58,356 nt of DNA from Nanobdellota archaeon (GTDB taxonomy: Archaea; Nanobdellota; Nanobdellia; Woesearchaeales; JAHWHD01), in contig JAYENX010000058.1 in NCBI GenBank assembly GCA_034722435.1, positions 1-58,356 on the forward strand, written 5' to 3'. Every line of letters begins with the position of its first letter. The first letter of the stretch is position 1. The notes under the pieces were generated by a model, which saw nothing but the letters and a program-made list of their open reading frames with translations, made no database searches and was not told where the DNA came from. Positions 56,478 through 58,356 of this stretch are shown one piece after another. The translations under genes were made by a program, and so were the position numbers.

Positions 56478-57166
56478 ATTAACAACTCGCTAAATTCTAA
56501 TATTTCCATATTTTTTGCGTTATTTTTAAAATGTTTATAACACATTGGACAAGGAGTAACTAACTTTTTTGTTTTCGATTGGGATAAACGAAGATTTGCA
56601 ATTTTATTAGATAATTCAGGAAAATTATTGATTAAACCGCCCCCTCCTCCGCAACATAAAGAATTAACTTTGTTTTCTGTTAGTTCTATTATTTCAAAAC
56701 CTAATTTATTAATTATTTCTCGAGGTTGAATATAAATATTACTTTTTCTTCCTAAATGACAAGGATCGTGATATGTTATTTGATCTTTAAACTTTTGAGG
56801 TATTTTCTTTAGCTTTTTATGGATTGTTTGAGTTATATGTTCTACCTCTAATTTAGGATAATGTTTTTTAAACATATAAAAACATGAAGGACAATTTGTT
56901 ATAATTTTTGAGATTCCATAATTTTTAAAGAAATCGTGATTTTTTTTCTTTAAATCGTAAAAGTCATCTGCAAAACCTGCATTTAAAACTGGACTACCGC
57001 AACAAAATTCGTTATCGGATAAAGTTATAAATTCTATACCTAAATTTTTTAAAATTTCACAATAGTTTTCAAAAATATTAGGGAGTGCAAATTTAGTCAA
57101 ACAACCAGGATAATATAAAGTATTTCCTCCTGTGAATATATTTTTAATTTTATTTATAATTCCCAT
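56474..57166 (-). CDS. CCG-domain Fe-S protein (GlcF/HdrB-like C-terminal module)
   Basis: YYPGC, FCCGSP, TNCPSC, YHDPCHLGR, CCGGGGG, TPCPMC; start at Met 57166. Confidence 0.9.
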   Translation of the reverse strand: MGIINKIKNIFTGGNTLYYPGCLTKFALPNIFENYCEILKNLGIEFITLSDNEFCCGSPVLNAGFADDFYDLKKKNHDFFKNYGISKIITNCPSCFYMFKKHYPKLEVEHITQTIHKKLKKIPQKFKDQITYHDPCHLGRKSNIYIQPREIINKLGFEIIELTENKVNSLCCGGGGGLINNFPELSNKIANLRLSQSKTKKLVTPCPMCYKHFKNNAKNMEILEFSELLI

Positions 57167-57209
57167 CTTGAATTGTGTTTCGGGTAAAAAAGAAATATAT
57201 AAAACTTGT

Positions 57210-58019
57210 TTATTTAAGTTCTGCAGATTTGGAAAGTTTCCAAATTGAATTAAACATATTTTCCATTGCAGAAACAAAGAAACCAGAATTAATCCATATA
57301 CCTGTATCGTATGTAGGATGTACTTCAGAATCATTTAAAAGCATGAAAAGAAGTTCATTACTATCTACAAGTGTAAATCTTGCATTCAAATCCTTAATGT
57401 TTTTAATTTCTGCATAAGGTTTTAAATTTTTAACTGCATCTTTACATTCCTTAGTAATTGGTGCGAGAATTTTAACTTTAACACCTTTTTTCTTTGCTTT
57501 TGATAATGAATTTTTGAAAGTATCTTGTTTTCTTAGAAGGCCTCTCGTAGTAGTTACAATAACTATTGATTTTTCTGCTTTTTTAATCATTGAGTCTAAA
57601 TGACTATAAAGATTATTTCTGCCTTTTAACGAACCGGAAAGTTCAGAAGGATCAACAAGTTCAATTCCTTGAGAATGAAGTAAATTTAATTCTCCCAATA
57701 CTTCGCTTTCTTTAAGTTCATTCAATAAATAAATTTGTTTTTCTGAGTCTTGTTTTAATCTTTTCTTAATTCTATCTAAAACCTCTTCAGGAGGTACAGC
57801 AATATATTTGATAGGTTTACCGAGTTTCATTATAATGAAACCTTTTTTCTCTAGGCTTTCTAAGACGTCATAGCTTCGAGATCTTGGAACATTAGCAATA
57901 TCCGATAACTCACCAGCTGTTGATACTCCTCTTGAAAGTAAAGCAGTCCATAGTTTTGATTCGTATGTATTAAGACCAAAGTCCTTAAGTTTATTTAAAA
58001 ATTCTTTTTGAACAATCAT
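57210..58019 (-). CDS. TrmB-family transcriptional regulator / chromatin protein (paralog 2)
   Basis: HTH nearly identical to the gene at 27464-28270; GGAGG ribosome-binding site before ATG 58019. Confidence 0.92.
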   Translation of the reverse strand: MIVQKEFLNKLKDFGLNTYESKLWTALLSRGVSTAGELSDIANVPRSRSYDVLESLEKKGFIIMKLGKPIKYIAVPPEEVLDRIKKRLKQDSEKQIYLLNELKESEVLGELNLLHSQGIELVDPSELSGSLKGRNNLYSHLDSMIKKAEKSIVIVTTTRGLLRKQDTFKNSLSKAKKKGVKVKILAPITKECKDAVKNLKPYAEIKNIKDLNARFTLVDSNELLFMLLNDSEVHPTYDTGIWINSGFFVSAMENMFNSIWKLSKSAELK

Positions 58020-58235
58020 TTTATTAAGCCTCCACAACTTAAAGCCCTATTTTGGGCTTTATTTATTAAATATGACACATATATGAATATTTCAACAAAT
58101 TTAATGTCAAATAACCCCTCTTTTGAAGTATTAACGAATATTAATCGCTATATACGTACATTTTTATTTAGAAAACGAGTTTTATATTTAAACCTTTCTC
58201 ATTTCGCTATTGTACAGTAACAAAAAAATAAAATA

Positions 58236-58302
58236 TTCCAAATGAAATGAAGGACTATTATATTAATTAAAAAGGGGTGTGACACCTTGATTTCATATGG
58301 AA
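58236..58302. other. Candidate replication origin: inverted ORB-like pair around an AT-rich spacer
   Basis: TTCCAAATGAAATGAAGG (+, 58236-58253) and TTCCATATGAAATCAAGG (-, 58285-58302) are 16/18 identical and convergent. The spacer contains TATTATATTAATTAAAAAGGGG. Confidence 0.6.
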
Positions 58303-58356
58303 GTTGTTTTGAAAGGTGTTTAGTGTTGTTTGAATAATTTTAATAGTTAATTTGTA

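Noticed and set aside
112-58220. The many 60-190 aa ORFs antisense to or overlapping real genes (e.g. 112-309, 3290-3856, 11026-11448, 14631-15182, 19347-19769)
   Set aside because: They are shadow frames of strongly supported genes, with S/F/I/L-rich composition, no motifs and no promoter or ribosome-binding site.
1-58356. Mobile elements, prophage or rRNA/tRNA genes
   Set aside because: No transposase, integrase or capsid motifs, terminal inverted repeats with target duplications, or rRNA/tRNA signatures were seen.

Overview
A 58.4 kb, AT-rich, gene-dense window from an archaeal chromosome. It is most consistent with a DPANN (Nanobdellota) archaeon of the Woesearchaeota type: it has a single-chain PriS-PriL fused primase, a bacterial-type gyrase, ribose-1,5-bisphosphate isomerase and charged low-complexity protein tails. 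Core content: the 5' part of gyrA (missed by the ORF track), scpB, a ferredoxin/DUF1858/acyl-CoA dehydratase-activase module, the uL3-secY-eL14 ribosomal superoperon (adk and cmk are absent from their usual slots), pheST, tyrS, pelota, rfcS, PAN, fen, trm5, endA, rnz, hjc, tfe, tldD/pmbA, two close TrmB paralogs and a split GlcD/GlcF-like oxidoreductase. The main novelty candidate is a five-gene surface cluster at 29576-36543. It encodes a class III-signal (pilin-like) protein with two 10-Cys repeats, a membrane-anchored 792-aa protein ending in a soluble lytic transglycosylase (SLT) domain with all hallmark motifs, and three paralogous lipoprotein-like beta proteins. Archaea lack murein, so this may be a contact apparatus acting on foreign (bacterial) cell wall. 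Unannotated non-coding elements include a C/D-box-like sRNA (46300-46375, minus strand), an inverted ORB-like pair suggesting oriC (58236-58302), palindromic TATA boxes shared by divergent genes, palindromic operators upstream of tfe and a structured uL3 leader. No rRNA, tRNA, CRISPR array or transposase was seen. All calls come from reading motifs by eye; no database searches were run.
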